Shown here piece by piece: positions 1-6,966 of a stretch of 42,864 nt of DNA; positions within the stretch are counted from its first letter, which is position 1, and the number at the start of each line of letters is the position of its first letter. The DNA is from an uncultured Terriglobus sp. (GTDB taxonomy: Bacteria > Acidobacteriota > Terriglobia > Terriglobales > Acidobacteriaceae): contig CAZZVI010000006.1 of NCBI GenBank assembly GCA_964657335.1, positions 1 through 42,864 of the forward strand, written 5' to 3'. The position numbers were made by a program, and so were the translations under genes. The notes under the pieces were generated by a model. That model made no database searches and was not told the DNA's origin. It saw only the letters and a program-made list of their open reading frames with translations.

Positions 1-1
1 T

Positions 2-415
2 GGGAACGCCCACGCAGCTTCCGGGAGCGCCAACGCAGATCCTGGGAACGTCACGGCTGCCTCCAAGAGCGCCAAAGCAGCCTCCGGAAACCTCATAGCC
101 GCTTCAGAAAGCGCCACAGCAGCGATCGACGCCAGACGCGCCCCACGGACGCGCGAGGCATCGCAGAACGCGGAGCAGGCGAACACAGGAAAAGACTTTC
201 CCGCACCACCCCTGCCGCTCACGGAACAGGAGCGTCTGCTGGTCCGCCTGGTGCATCGCGAGGATCCCGTGCAACTGGCCCAACTGGCTCCAGCCGCGCG
301 CGAAGCCGAGCTGCAGCGCGAGCGCGAGCAGGTGCATGAGTTCTTCAAGGCGCCGCCCATGCTCGCCGCCAATTTCAAGCTCGAACCGTATCCAACTCCT
401 AGAGGAACTCAATGA
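2..415 (+). CDS. Partial (5'-truncated by window) hypothetical protein with 7-aa Ala/Ser-rich repeats and an FPAPPLPLTEQERLL motif; possibly anti-sigma-like
   Basis: Frame 2 is open from the window start to TGA 413-415 (GNAHAASGSANADP...FPAPPLPLTEQERLLVRLVH...PTPRGTQ*). The stop overlaps the next ATG (ATGA). Missing from the ORF track because its start lies outside the window. Confidence 0.75.
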   Translation, partial: GNAHAASGSANADPGNVTAASKSAKAASGNLIAASESATAAIDARRAPRTREASQNAEQANTGKDFPAPPLPLTEQERLLVRLVHREDPVQLAQLAPAAREAELQREREQVHEFFKAPPMLAANFKLEPYPTPRGTQ

Positions 416-1140
416 AGATCGTGAACCTTTTTGCAGCCGCGGTGCTCACCCTGTTGCCATGCGCACCGGCGCAGATGTCCCCTGCCGCCGCAGCCGCCGC
501 GCCGCATACCGTTCGTACCTTCCGTCTGATCTACGCCACCTCGCAGGCGGAGCAGAATGAAATGCTCACCGCCATTCGCAACATCGTCTCGCCCAACATG
601 AAGATCTTCCTCGTGTCCTCCAGCAGCGAGATCGTCTGCAACGGCAATGCGGAAGACCTCGCCATCGTTGCGGACCTGCTGCCCAAGCTGGACATTCCGC
701 ATAAGCAGTACCGTCTGACCTACACCCTTACCGAGACGGACGGCGGCAAGCGGATCGGCCTGCAGCACTATGCCATGGTGGTCACGCCGGGGCAGCGCAT
801 GCAGATGAAGGAAGGCAGCCGCGTCCCTCTGATTACCGGCTCGTTCAAGTCCACCGACAAGGGCACCGAGCAGCAAACAACCTACCTGGACGTGGGCCTC
901 AACTTCGACCAGACCCTGCAGGAACACGGCAACGGCTTCCAGCTGCGCTCGCTGGTCGAGCAGACATCCATCGCAGAAGAGAAGTCAGGCATCGGCCCGG
1001 AAGATCCGGTCATCCGTCAGACCCGGCTGGAAGGCACGTCCATTCTGCCGGTGGGCAAAGCCGTCTCGCTGGGGTCCTTGGATGTCCTGGGCAGCACGCG
1101 TCGCCTGGATGTGGAAGTGACCGTCGAAGCCGTCCGCTGA
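412..1140 (+). CDS. Secreted protein with a secretin N-domain-like (NolW-like) region and a short secretin C-terminal-like beta region
   Basis: Signal peptide MKIVNLFAAAVLTLLPCAPA; 'IVCNGNAEDLAIVADLLPKLD' resembles a secretin N-domain; 'GSRVPLIT...TYLDVGLNFD' resembles secretin beta-strands; RBS AGAGGA. Confidence 0.65.
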   Translation: MKIVNLFAAAVLTLLPCAPAQMSPAAAAAAPHTVRTFRLIYATSQAEQNEMLTAIRNIVSPNMKIFLVSSSSEIVCNGNAEDLAIVADLLPKLDIPHKQYRLTYTLTETDGGKRIGLQHYAMVVTPGQRMQMKEGSRVPLITGSFKSTDKGTEQQTTYLDVGLNFDQTLQEHGNGFQLRSLVEQTSIAEEKSGIGPEDPVIRQTRLEGTSILPVGKAVSLGSLDVLGSTRRLDVEVTVEAVR

Positions 1141-1284
1141 AAGAGAGCGGGCGAACGGAGAAGCCCCAGCGTGAAATAAATGGGAGGGAGCGCATGCTCG
1201 CTTTGTTCATCCCCGCAGACTGTTTTTCGGTGCGTCATCCCGCAGCGCATTTTCCGTTTGTCGTCCGGGCGCTCATCTTCCGGT

Positions 1285-1466
1285 TTGTCATCCCGTAGCG
1301 AAGCGGAGGGATCTGCATGTGTGCCGGCCTGACCTCGCGCTATCCCGGAGGGCAAGAACATTCACATGTCGCGCTTCGCGCGAGCGCTCTCGCTATGGTG
1401 CCCGCTGGAATGGAGCTGGCGCGGCGAGTCAAATGCAGATCCCTGCGCTGCGCTACGGGATGACAA
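1285..1466. repeat. REP/MITE-like palindromic element: 34-bp inverted repeats around a 114-bp spacer
   Basis: ttgtcatcccgtagcgaagcggagggatctgcat (1285-1318) versus the reverse complement of 1433-1466, with 2 mismatches. A partial copy lies at 1234-1249. Confidence 0.8.
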
Positions 1467-1570
1467 CAAGGGAAGGAGAGGACGACAGGAGGGTACCCAA
1501 GCCCTGCCTACAGGTCTAAAGACCACTGCTTTCTCCGTTTTCCGCTTTCCGCAAAGAGATTCGCTGCAAC

Positions 1571-1722
1571 GCACGCTCCAAATTCCCGAATCGCGCGCGC
1601 AGCAAGGACACGCAAAAAACGCACGCTCCAAATTCCCGAATCGCGCCACGCGGCAAGGACGCGCTAAAAGCGCCCGCTCCAAATTTCCGAACCGCGCCTC
1701 GCAGCAAAAAACGCGATGAAAG
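1571..1722. repeat. Tandem repeat, 3 copies of ~50-51 bp
   Basis: Units starting gcacgctccaaattcccgaatcgcgc at 1571 and 1621, and gcccgctccaaatttccgaaccgcgc at 1672. Confidence 0.85.
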
Positions 1723-1735
1723 CGCGTGCTTCCAT

Positions 1736-1794
1736 AGCCCGAGGCGAAGCCCTGGGCTCCAGTTCTGCCAAACGCATGCGGGCTGAAGGCCCGC
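1736..1794. repeat. REP-like hairpin pair (agcccgaggcgaagccctgggct; gcgggctgaaggcccgc)
   Basis: Two short GC-rich hairpins at 1736-1758 and 1778-1794. Confidence 0.5.
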
Positions 1795-1948
1795 GCGCTA
1801 AAGCGTCACAATCGCCGAAAAACCTGTCAAGCCCCATTCTTACCGAAATGACTCATTCCAAAAGAGATAAAGTTGGCATGGTATTTCCACGCAGCCGCTA
1901 TACTGGAATTAAGGGCATATCTCGGTAGCCAGCATCCGCCACCATCAC

Positions 1949-2042
1949 AAGCCCCTGCATATGAATACTTTGCGCCTAAATCATTTGAAATGAAGAATTT
2001 GCATCCAGTGGATTGCTAACCTCCTTATTTACAGGAACTTAC
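1949..2042. repeat. Three degenerate AT-rich 25-mers (IHF-site-like array)
   Basis: aagcccctgcatatgaatactttgc (1949-1973), aaatcatttgaaatgaagaatttgc (1978-2002), aacctccttatttacaggaacttac (2018-2042). Confidence 0.5.
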
Positions 2043-2082
2043 ATTTTCCTTGAACAAGGGGAGGGTATCCCGCCCGGCGCTG

Positions 2083-3093
2083 CTACAGGCTGCGCAGAGC
2101 GGCTTCGATGTGGCGGCTGGTGTCCGCCTCGGCGAACTGGCTGGCGACGCGGACCGCGTTCAGGATAGCAACTTCGTTGGACGATCCGTGGCCAATAATG
2201 CAGGCGCCGCGGACGCCCAGCAGCGGCGCTCCACCATACTCGGAGTAGTCGAGTCGACGTTTGAAGTTCTTGAAGGCTTTGCGGCTGAGCAGTGCGCCGA
2301 CCTTAGAGGTGATGGTCGCCTTGAGCGTCTGCTTCAGCGAATCGGAGATCAGGCGTGCAACGCCTTCGGTGGTCTTGATGGTGACATTGCCCACAAAGCC
2401 GTCGCAGACGACGACGTCGCAACTGCCGTTGAACAGGTCGCGGCCTTCGATGTTGCCGATGAAGTGATACAGCACGTCGCTGCTCATGGCGCGCAGCAGC
2501 AGCAGGGTCTCGCGGGTGAGCGCGTTGCCTTTGCTGTCTTCTTCGCCGATGGAGAGAATGCCGACGCGCGGCTTGGCAATGCCGAGCACGTTCCTGGCGT
2601 AAATCTGGCCCATCAAGGCGAACTGGACCAGGTTGCGCGAGTCGCTGTCGACATTGGCGCCTGCGTCGAGCAGAACGCAGGGCGATCCGGTTCCCGTCGG
2701 CAGGATGGTAGCGAGCGCGGGCCGGTCCACGCCTTCCAGCGTGCCGAGCACCATCTTCGCGGTGGCCATCGCCGCGCCGGTGTTGCCTGCGGTGACGAAG
2801 CCGCGCGCCTTGCCTTCCCGGACCAGCTTCAGGCCGACACGCATGCTGCTGTCACGCTTGCTGCGGACCGCCATGGCCTTGTCGTCCATGCTGATCCACT
2901 CGCTGGCATGCACCACTTCGATGGGCAGCCGCTCGCCGCCGAGATGCTCTTTCAGCGCGGGGCCGATGCGATCCTGCGGACCGACCAGGTGGATGCGAAC
3001 GGGAAATTGGCGACAGGCCGCAATCGCGCCGCGGAGCTCAGGCTCCGGGCTCTTATCGGACCCCATCGCATCCAGGACAATGTCTGTCAACAT
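2083..3093 (-). CDS. plsX: Phosphate acyltransferase PlsX
   Basis: 'LDAMGSD', 'TAGNTGA', 'GVDRPAL', 'LLDAGAN', 'CDGFVGN', 'GGAPLLG', 'GHGSS' motifs; downstream of rpmF. Confidence 0.97.
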   Translation of the reverse strand: MLTDIVLDAMGSDKSPEPELRGAIAACRQFPVRIHLVGPQDRIGPALKEHLGGERLPIEVVHASEWISMDDKAMAVRSKRDSSMRVGLKLVREGKARGFVTAGNTGAAMATAKMVLGTLEGVDRPALATILPTGTGSPCVLLDAGANVDSDSRNLVQFALMGQIYARNVLGIAKPRVGILSIGEEDSKGNALTRETLLLLRAMSSDVLYHFIGNIEGRDLFNGSCDVVVCDGFVGNVTIKTTEGVARLISDSLKQTLKATITSKVGALLSRKAFKNFKRRLDYSEYGGAPLLGVRGACIIGHGSSNEVAILNAVRVASQFAEADTSRHIEAALRSL

Positions 3094-3109
3094 CCAGCGG
3101 GTAGCGGAA

Positions 3110-3298
3110 CTACGCTACGTCCTTCTGGGCGGCAAGTACAGCACGGCCTTTGTATTCACCGCACTGCGGGCAGGCGTGATGCGCCAGCTTGCGTGCATTG
3201 CAGTTCGGGCAGACGCCCGAGTTGGGAACAGTCAAAAAGTCATGCGAGCGGCGCTTGGCGGTCCGCTGCTTGGAGTGGCGACGCTTGGGATTCGGCAT
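3110..3298 (-). CDS. rpmF: 50S ribosomal protein L32 (four-Cys Zn-ribbon form)
   Basis: MPNPKRRHSKQRTAKRRSH...CPNC...HHACPQCGEYKGR; classic yceD-rpmF-plsX order. Confidence 0.97.
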   Translation of the reverse strand: MPNPKRRHSKQRTAKRRSHDFLTVPNSGVCPNCNARKLAHHACPQCGEYKGRAVLAAQKDVA

Positions 3299-3415
3299 CG
3301 ATCTTTACCTCTCAGAATCTCTAAATTCGTAGCAATCCGCTTCCGCGCAGCGCACTTCACAAGGAAGGTTGCATGTTGGGAAAACGCCTGCGTCGTACGT
3401 TGGCCGGCACTCCAC

Positions 3416-3967
3416 TCACAGCTTTGCACCGGAACGAAGACCCTGCAGCGCGCTCCAGCGGGGATCGATCTCCGCCTCGGCACAGGTACAGTTTGTATCA
3501 TTCCGGTTTTCGCCGCAGCGGGGGCAAAGTCCTTTGCAATCTTCCCGGCAGAGCGAGCGATCGGGCAGGGAAAGCAACACCTGCTCACGCACGACATCTT
3601 CCAGCAGAAGACCGCTCTGTTCATAATACCCGATTTCGGTCTCAGCTTCGCTGATGGAGCGCTCACCTGCCTCGGCATCGGTGCCGCTGGGACGGAAGAT
3701 CAGGTCGAACCGCAGATCGGCATGATGACCGATCGGGTTAAGGCAGCGCGCGCACAGCAACTCGAACATCCCGCGGCAGCGAGCCCGGACACGAATGTCC
3801 ACGACGATCTCCCGCGTTCCGCCGTGCTCTTCAATGCGATCCGCAGCACCTTTGACGTGCAGCGTGCCCGTTTGCCGCACGTCCGGTGCATAGTCGATCA
3901 GACCCGCGGGAATGTCCAGTTCGAGCGGAAGTGGGTCAGGAAGGAGGTGAGCCGGGGTAATACGCAT
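3416..3967 (-). CDS. yceD: DUF177/YceD family protein (23S rRNA accumulation)
   Basis: 'CARCL', 'EQVLLSLP..LCREDCKGLCPRCG', 'DPRWSALQ'; upstream of rpmF. Confidence 0.93.
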   Translation of the reverse strand: MRITPAHLLPDPLPLELDIPAGLIDYAPDVRQTGTLHVKGAADRIEEHGGTREIVVDIRVRARCRGMFELLCARCLNPIGHHADLRFDLIFRPSGTDAEAGERSISEAETEIGYYEQSGLLLEDVVREQVLLSLPDRSLCREDCKGLCPRCGENRNDTNCTCAEAEIDPRWSALQGLRSGAKL

Positions 3968-4121
3968 CGCATACTTATTATCTCAGCTTGAGGCTCGATG
4001 GAGCACAAGGCCGTCGCTTCGGATACCAAACTTTGTAGACGGCACCCGCCAGAATTCCGAATCTACAATTCGGCGTATCGAAAGCTAGCTGTAAACTATT
4101 GTATCTAAATGGTTTTTAGGT

Positions 4122-4138
4122 TTGGCATGCTACCTGCT
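4122..4138 (+). promoter_or_regulatory. Putative sigma54 (-24/-12) promoter
   Basis: TTGGCATGCTACCTGCT has GG (4124-4125), exactly 10 nt, then GC (4136-4137), matching TGGCACG-N4-TTGC spacing. An AT-rich IHF-like tract lies at 4091-4117 and an inverted repeat ttgtaga/tctacaa at 4033-4068. Confidence 0.6.
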
Positions 4139-4148
4139 CTGTAGGTGC

Positions 4149-4352
4149 GCGGGAAGAGGGTGCGGATAGGGACTGCTTCATAGCGGTTCCAATGCACGGG
4201 AACAGCAGCACGGGAACAGATCGCGCCGAGGCAACCTGCGAAGCAGAGTAGAGCCCCGAGCAGCGGCAGCCGGAACAAACGTACGAAAGCTTAGGAGGCC
4301 AGTGACTGGCCATCAGACAGAACAGCCACCCACTGAGGTGGCTGTTCTGTTC
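4149..4352 (+). ncRNA. Candidate sigma54-dependent small RNA (~200 nt)
   Basis: Lies between the sigma54-like promoter and a 14-bp terminator-like hairpin. Purine-rich, with direct repeat gcacgggaacag x2 and hairpins at 4169-4190 and 4297-4311. No credible ORF. Confidence 0.45.
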
Positions 4353-4353
4353 T
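4317..4353 (+). terminator. Terminator-like hairpin
   Basis: acagaacagccacc-cactga-ggtggctgttctgt forms a perfect 14-bp inverted repeat with a U-rich 3' arm. Confidence 0.7.
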
Positions 4354-4384
4354 GCCGCACGAACATACTTTCGCAACAGGCCCC

Positions 4385-4413
4385 TTGCCAAAAGCACAGT
4401 CCCTGCGTAGGAT
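4385..4413 (+). promoter_or_regulatory. Putative sigma70 promoter
   Basis: TTGCCA (4385-4390), 17 nt spacer, TAGGAT (4408-4413). Confidence 0.6.
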
Positions 4414-4419
4414 GAGGGT

Positions 4420-4797
4420 TGCCTGACGATCCGGCTGAAGCACGGCCCGCTTAAAGATCGGGTGTCCGCTCGTCGATGAGCTTGAGAGTTCCGCAGGCGA
4501 GCGCATAGACAGGAAAGAAAACTTCCAACCTGCCGAGTCGGCCCCTGAAAGCCGTGAAAGACAGGTACGAAGACAGCAAGGGCGCCGAGCAGCGTATGGT
4601 ACGTTGCGCCGGGCAGATGGTTTCCTGCAGCCCCGCGGTAAGCACCAGCCATCCAGGCTCTGGCCTGATGCAGCTTTCGCTTACCGCGACCAGAGACTGT
4701 AAGTAAATACAGTTCCGCGGCAGGTCTGCTTCACAACCGCTGCAGGAAACGTTTTGAGTGGAAGCTTGATACGTAGTCTCCTTCTATCCACAACTCG
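4420..4797 (+). ncRNA. Candidate large structured ncRNA or structured 5' leader of unknown family
   Basis: Nested helices read by eye: 4467-4474/4496-4503, 4589-4596/4600-4607, 4620-4631/4739-4750 (12 bp perfect), 4634-4643/4679-4688 (10 bp perfect), 4654-4658/4663-4667, 4696-4701/4708-4713. Starts just after the sigma70-like promoter. No credible ORF. Confidence 0.5.
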
Positions 4798-4894
4798 TAC
4801 CCGCCGGATCAGCCGGCGCTCGCACTGACGGTCCGCCGGCAGCGCAGGACTGTGCGGCTACAGACGCCGCAGCACCTCCGCAAGAAAGAGAAGC

Positions 4895-5944
4895 ATGAGC
4901 GCAGAACAGAATTCCACTGAGTCAAACGTGTCCGTTGCGGCACCAGTGTCCTCCTCCTCCCATGAATCTGAAGGCGGCTCTCCCGCCGGCCCCGCAGCAG
5001 CAGGCGCTCCCGCACCCGGCAAAAACCGCCGCCGCCGCCGCAAGCGCAAGCATCGCCCCGCTGGCGAAGCCGGCGTGGCGCCCGATATCGCAGCTTCTGC
5101 GAACGGATCTCCGGAAGTGGAGAGCAACCCCGCCGAAGCGCAGGCCGCTCCTCAACAGCCGCGTCAGGGGAACCAGGGTGCGAACGGTCACGGCCAGGCA
5201 AGCGGAGCCAAGCGCTGGAAGAAAAAGAAGTTCGGCCGAGCGGGCGGTGGTGAAGGTCAGGCACGCCCTGAACCGGGAAACAGCCTGCAGGGCAGCAATG
5301 CCGGGCAAGGACGAGGTCGGAACCGCAAGCAGCAGCCACGTGGGCCGCGGGCCTTCGTCGGTCCCATGGATCATAGCTATCGCGAGGTGAACGGGAACTA
5401 CTCCGACGGTCCCTCCAGCACCATCGAGCAGAGCCACGGCGGTCGGCGCCAGAACAACCACCGCAACAACGGCCACAATGAAGACCGCCTGCCGCCGGAG
5501 TTGATGTCGAACCATCGCGCCATCGCGATCCCTGAAGACGCGCCAACGCATATCTACTTTTTCATCGAAGACCTGTTCTTCACGGCGAAGATCCAGGAGG
5601 CAGCACGCCAGCAAGGTGTAAAAGTGGCCTTCATGAAGCCGGATAAGGATGTCGTCGCGCACCTGTCCGAGCTGCATGATCACGAGCATCCGTCGCTAAT
5701 CGTATTTGACCTGAATAATGCCGCAGCCAAGCCGCTCACGTTGATTCCTAAGCTAAAGAACAAGCTGAAAAAGAGCACGTCGATTGTCGGGTTCCTTTCT
5801 CATCTACAAGGCGATCTGAAGGCAAAGGCAGTCGAAGCAGGCTGCAACAGCGTGATGCCGCGCGCCGCCTTCTCGCAGAACCTGCCCAACCTGCTGCGTC
5901 GCTACGGCGTGGAAGACGAGCACGAGCCGAACTTTAACCAGTAA
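4895..5944 (+). CDS. Protein with a long disordered Arg/Lys/Gly/Asn-rich N-terminus and a C-terminal atypical receiver (REC-like) domain
   Basis: KNRRRRRKRKHR and KRWKKKKFGR motifs. C-terminus 'IYFFIEDLFF...SLIVFDLNN...IVGFLSH...AVEAGCNSVMPR' has a CheY-like pattern. Confidence 0.85.
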   Translation: MSAEQNSTESNVSVAAPVSSSSHESEGGSPAGPAAAGAPAPGKNRRRRRKRKHRPAGEAGVAPDIAASANGSPEVESNPAEAQAAPQQPRQGNQGANGHGQASGAKRWKKKKFGRAGGGEGQARPEPGNSLQGSNAGQGRGRNRKQQPRGPRAFVGPMDHSYREVNGNYSDGPSSTIEQSHGGRRQNNHRNNGHNEDRLPPELMSNHRAIAIPEDAPTHIYFFIEDLFFTAKIQEAARQQGVKVAFMKPDKDVVAHLSELHDHEHPSLIVFDLNNAAAKPLTLIPKLKNKLKKSTSIVGFLSHLQGDLKAKAVEAGCNSVMPRAAFSQNLPNLLRRYGVEDEHEPNFNQ

Positions 5945-5964
5945 GTCCTGCACTTACTCGAGCC

Positions 5965-5995
5965 GAGGGCACCCGCTGGGTGCCCTCTCTTTCTT
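5965..5995 (+). terminator. Rho-independent terminator
   Basis: gagggcaccc-gct-gggtgccctc followed by tctttctt. Confidence 0.75.
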
Positions 5996-6012
5996 CAGGA
6001 AACGCGAAACGA

Positions 6013-6540
6013 ATGCCTACTACTCCCGAACAAACCTTCATTCCGCTTCGTATCGCGGCACTTACGGTAAGTGACACACGCACGCCGACGACGGATCGCT
6101 CCGGCAACGTGTTGACGCAGCGCATCACGGAGTCAGGTCATACCCTGGCTGCGCGCGCATTGCTCCGCGATGATGCCGATGCCATCGAAGCGCTGCTGAA
6201 AGGCTTGATTGAGGACCCTTCCATCGACGTCATCATCAGTACCGGGGGCACCGGGATCACCGGCCGTGATGTGACCCCGGAGGCCGTCGCACGCGTACTG
6301 GAAAAGCAGATCGAAGGCTTCGCCGAACTCTTCCGCATGATCTCATTTCAAAAGATCGGGCCGAGCGCGATGTTATCCCGTGCCATAGCCGGCGTTGCAC
6401 ATGGCACTTACTTGTTCGCACTTCCCGGCTCTCCCGGCGCAGTGGTCGATGCGTGGGACGAGTTACTGCTACCGCTGTTCGACAGCCGTAACATGCCGTG
6501 CAACCTCGTCGACCTGATGCCACGCCTACGGGAGATCTGA
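6013..6540 (+). CDS. moaB: Molybdenum cofactor biosynthesis protein B (MoaB/Mog family)
   Basis: 'LTVSDTR', 'STGGTGITGRDVTPEA', 'FALPGSPGAV', 'PCNLV'. Confidence 0.92.
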   Translation: MPTTPEQTFIPLRIAALTVSDTRTPTTDRSGNVLTQRITESGHTLAARALLRDDADAIEALLKGLIEDPSIDVIISTGGTGITGRDVTPEAVARVLEKQIEGFAELFRMISFQKIGPSAMLSRAIAGVAHGTYLFALPGSPGAVVDAWDELLLPLFDSRNMPCNLVDLMPRLREI

Positions 6541-6543
6541 CCT

Positions 6544-6903
6544 ATGCCGACGCGTATCATCGACATCACAACCGCTGAGCACTACAAGTGGGGCGGCACC
6601 GCCGGAACGGACTGCGACGGCTGGCACCTGGTCAAGACAGATGATCTCAGTGTGATCGAGGAGTTGATGCCGCCTGGCGCGAAAGAAGAGCGGCACGCAC
6701 ACGCAAGATCGCGGCAGTTCTTCTTTGTGCTTGAGGGTGAGCTGACGCTCGAAGTCGAACACCATGACTTCGAGATCACTGCGGGCAAAGGCGTTGAGGT
6801 GAGTCCCGGTCAGGCGCACCAGGCCATCAATCAGAGCGGTGCTCCGGTACGGATGCTGGTCACAAGCCAGCCGCCAAGCCATGGTGACCGCACACCTGCC
6901 TGA
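6544..6903 (+). CDS. Cupin domain protein
   Basis: 'HYKWG..CDGWHLV', 'EERHAH..SRQFFFVLEG', 'PGQAHQ', 'SQPPSHGDR'. Confidence 0.88.
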   Translation: MPTRIIDITTAEHYKWGGTAGTDCDGWHLVKTDDLSVIEELMPPGAKEERHAHARSRQFFFVLEGELTLEVEHHDFEITAGKGVEVSPGQAHQAINQSGAPVRMLVTSQPPSHGDRTPA

Positions 6904-6966
6904 CAGGCGACATTTCCACGCACGTGTGCCCTACCCTAACGATGAGGCGCACCACGTCCTCGCGCG

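Noticed and set aside
1571-1722. CRISPR array
   Set aside because: Only three units, the putative spacers are homologous to each other, and there are no cas genes in the window. Treated as a tandem repeat.
1873-1888. Second sigma54 promoter (ttggcatggtatttcc)
   Set aside because: The -24 GG is present but the -12 position is CC rather than GC.
1017-1928. Short ORFs spanning the repeat-rich intergenic region
   Set aside because: They are translations of the palindromic and tandem repeats, with no coding signal.
2050-3991. Long plus-strand ORFs 2050..3324 and 2633..3991
   Set aside because: Antisense shadows of plsX, rpmF and yceD in GC-rich DNA; no recognisable motifs.
4116-4652. Minus-strand ORFs across the intergenic region (e.g. 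4116..4652)
   Set aside because: No motifs or RBS and atypical composition; the region is better explained by plus-strand promoters, hairpins and a terminator.
4420-4797. RNase P RNA, tmRNA, SRP RNA, 6S RNA or cobalamin riboswitch
   Set aside because: No GAGGAAAGUCC or RNase P 3' signature, no tRNA-like ends, no SRP helix-8 motif and no single long 6S-type rod. The minus-strand 'agacctgcc' lacks the rest of the B12 element. Judged by eye only; cmscan is still needed.
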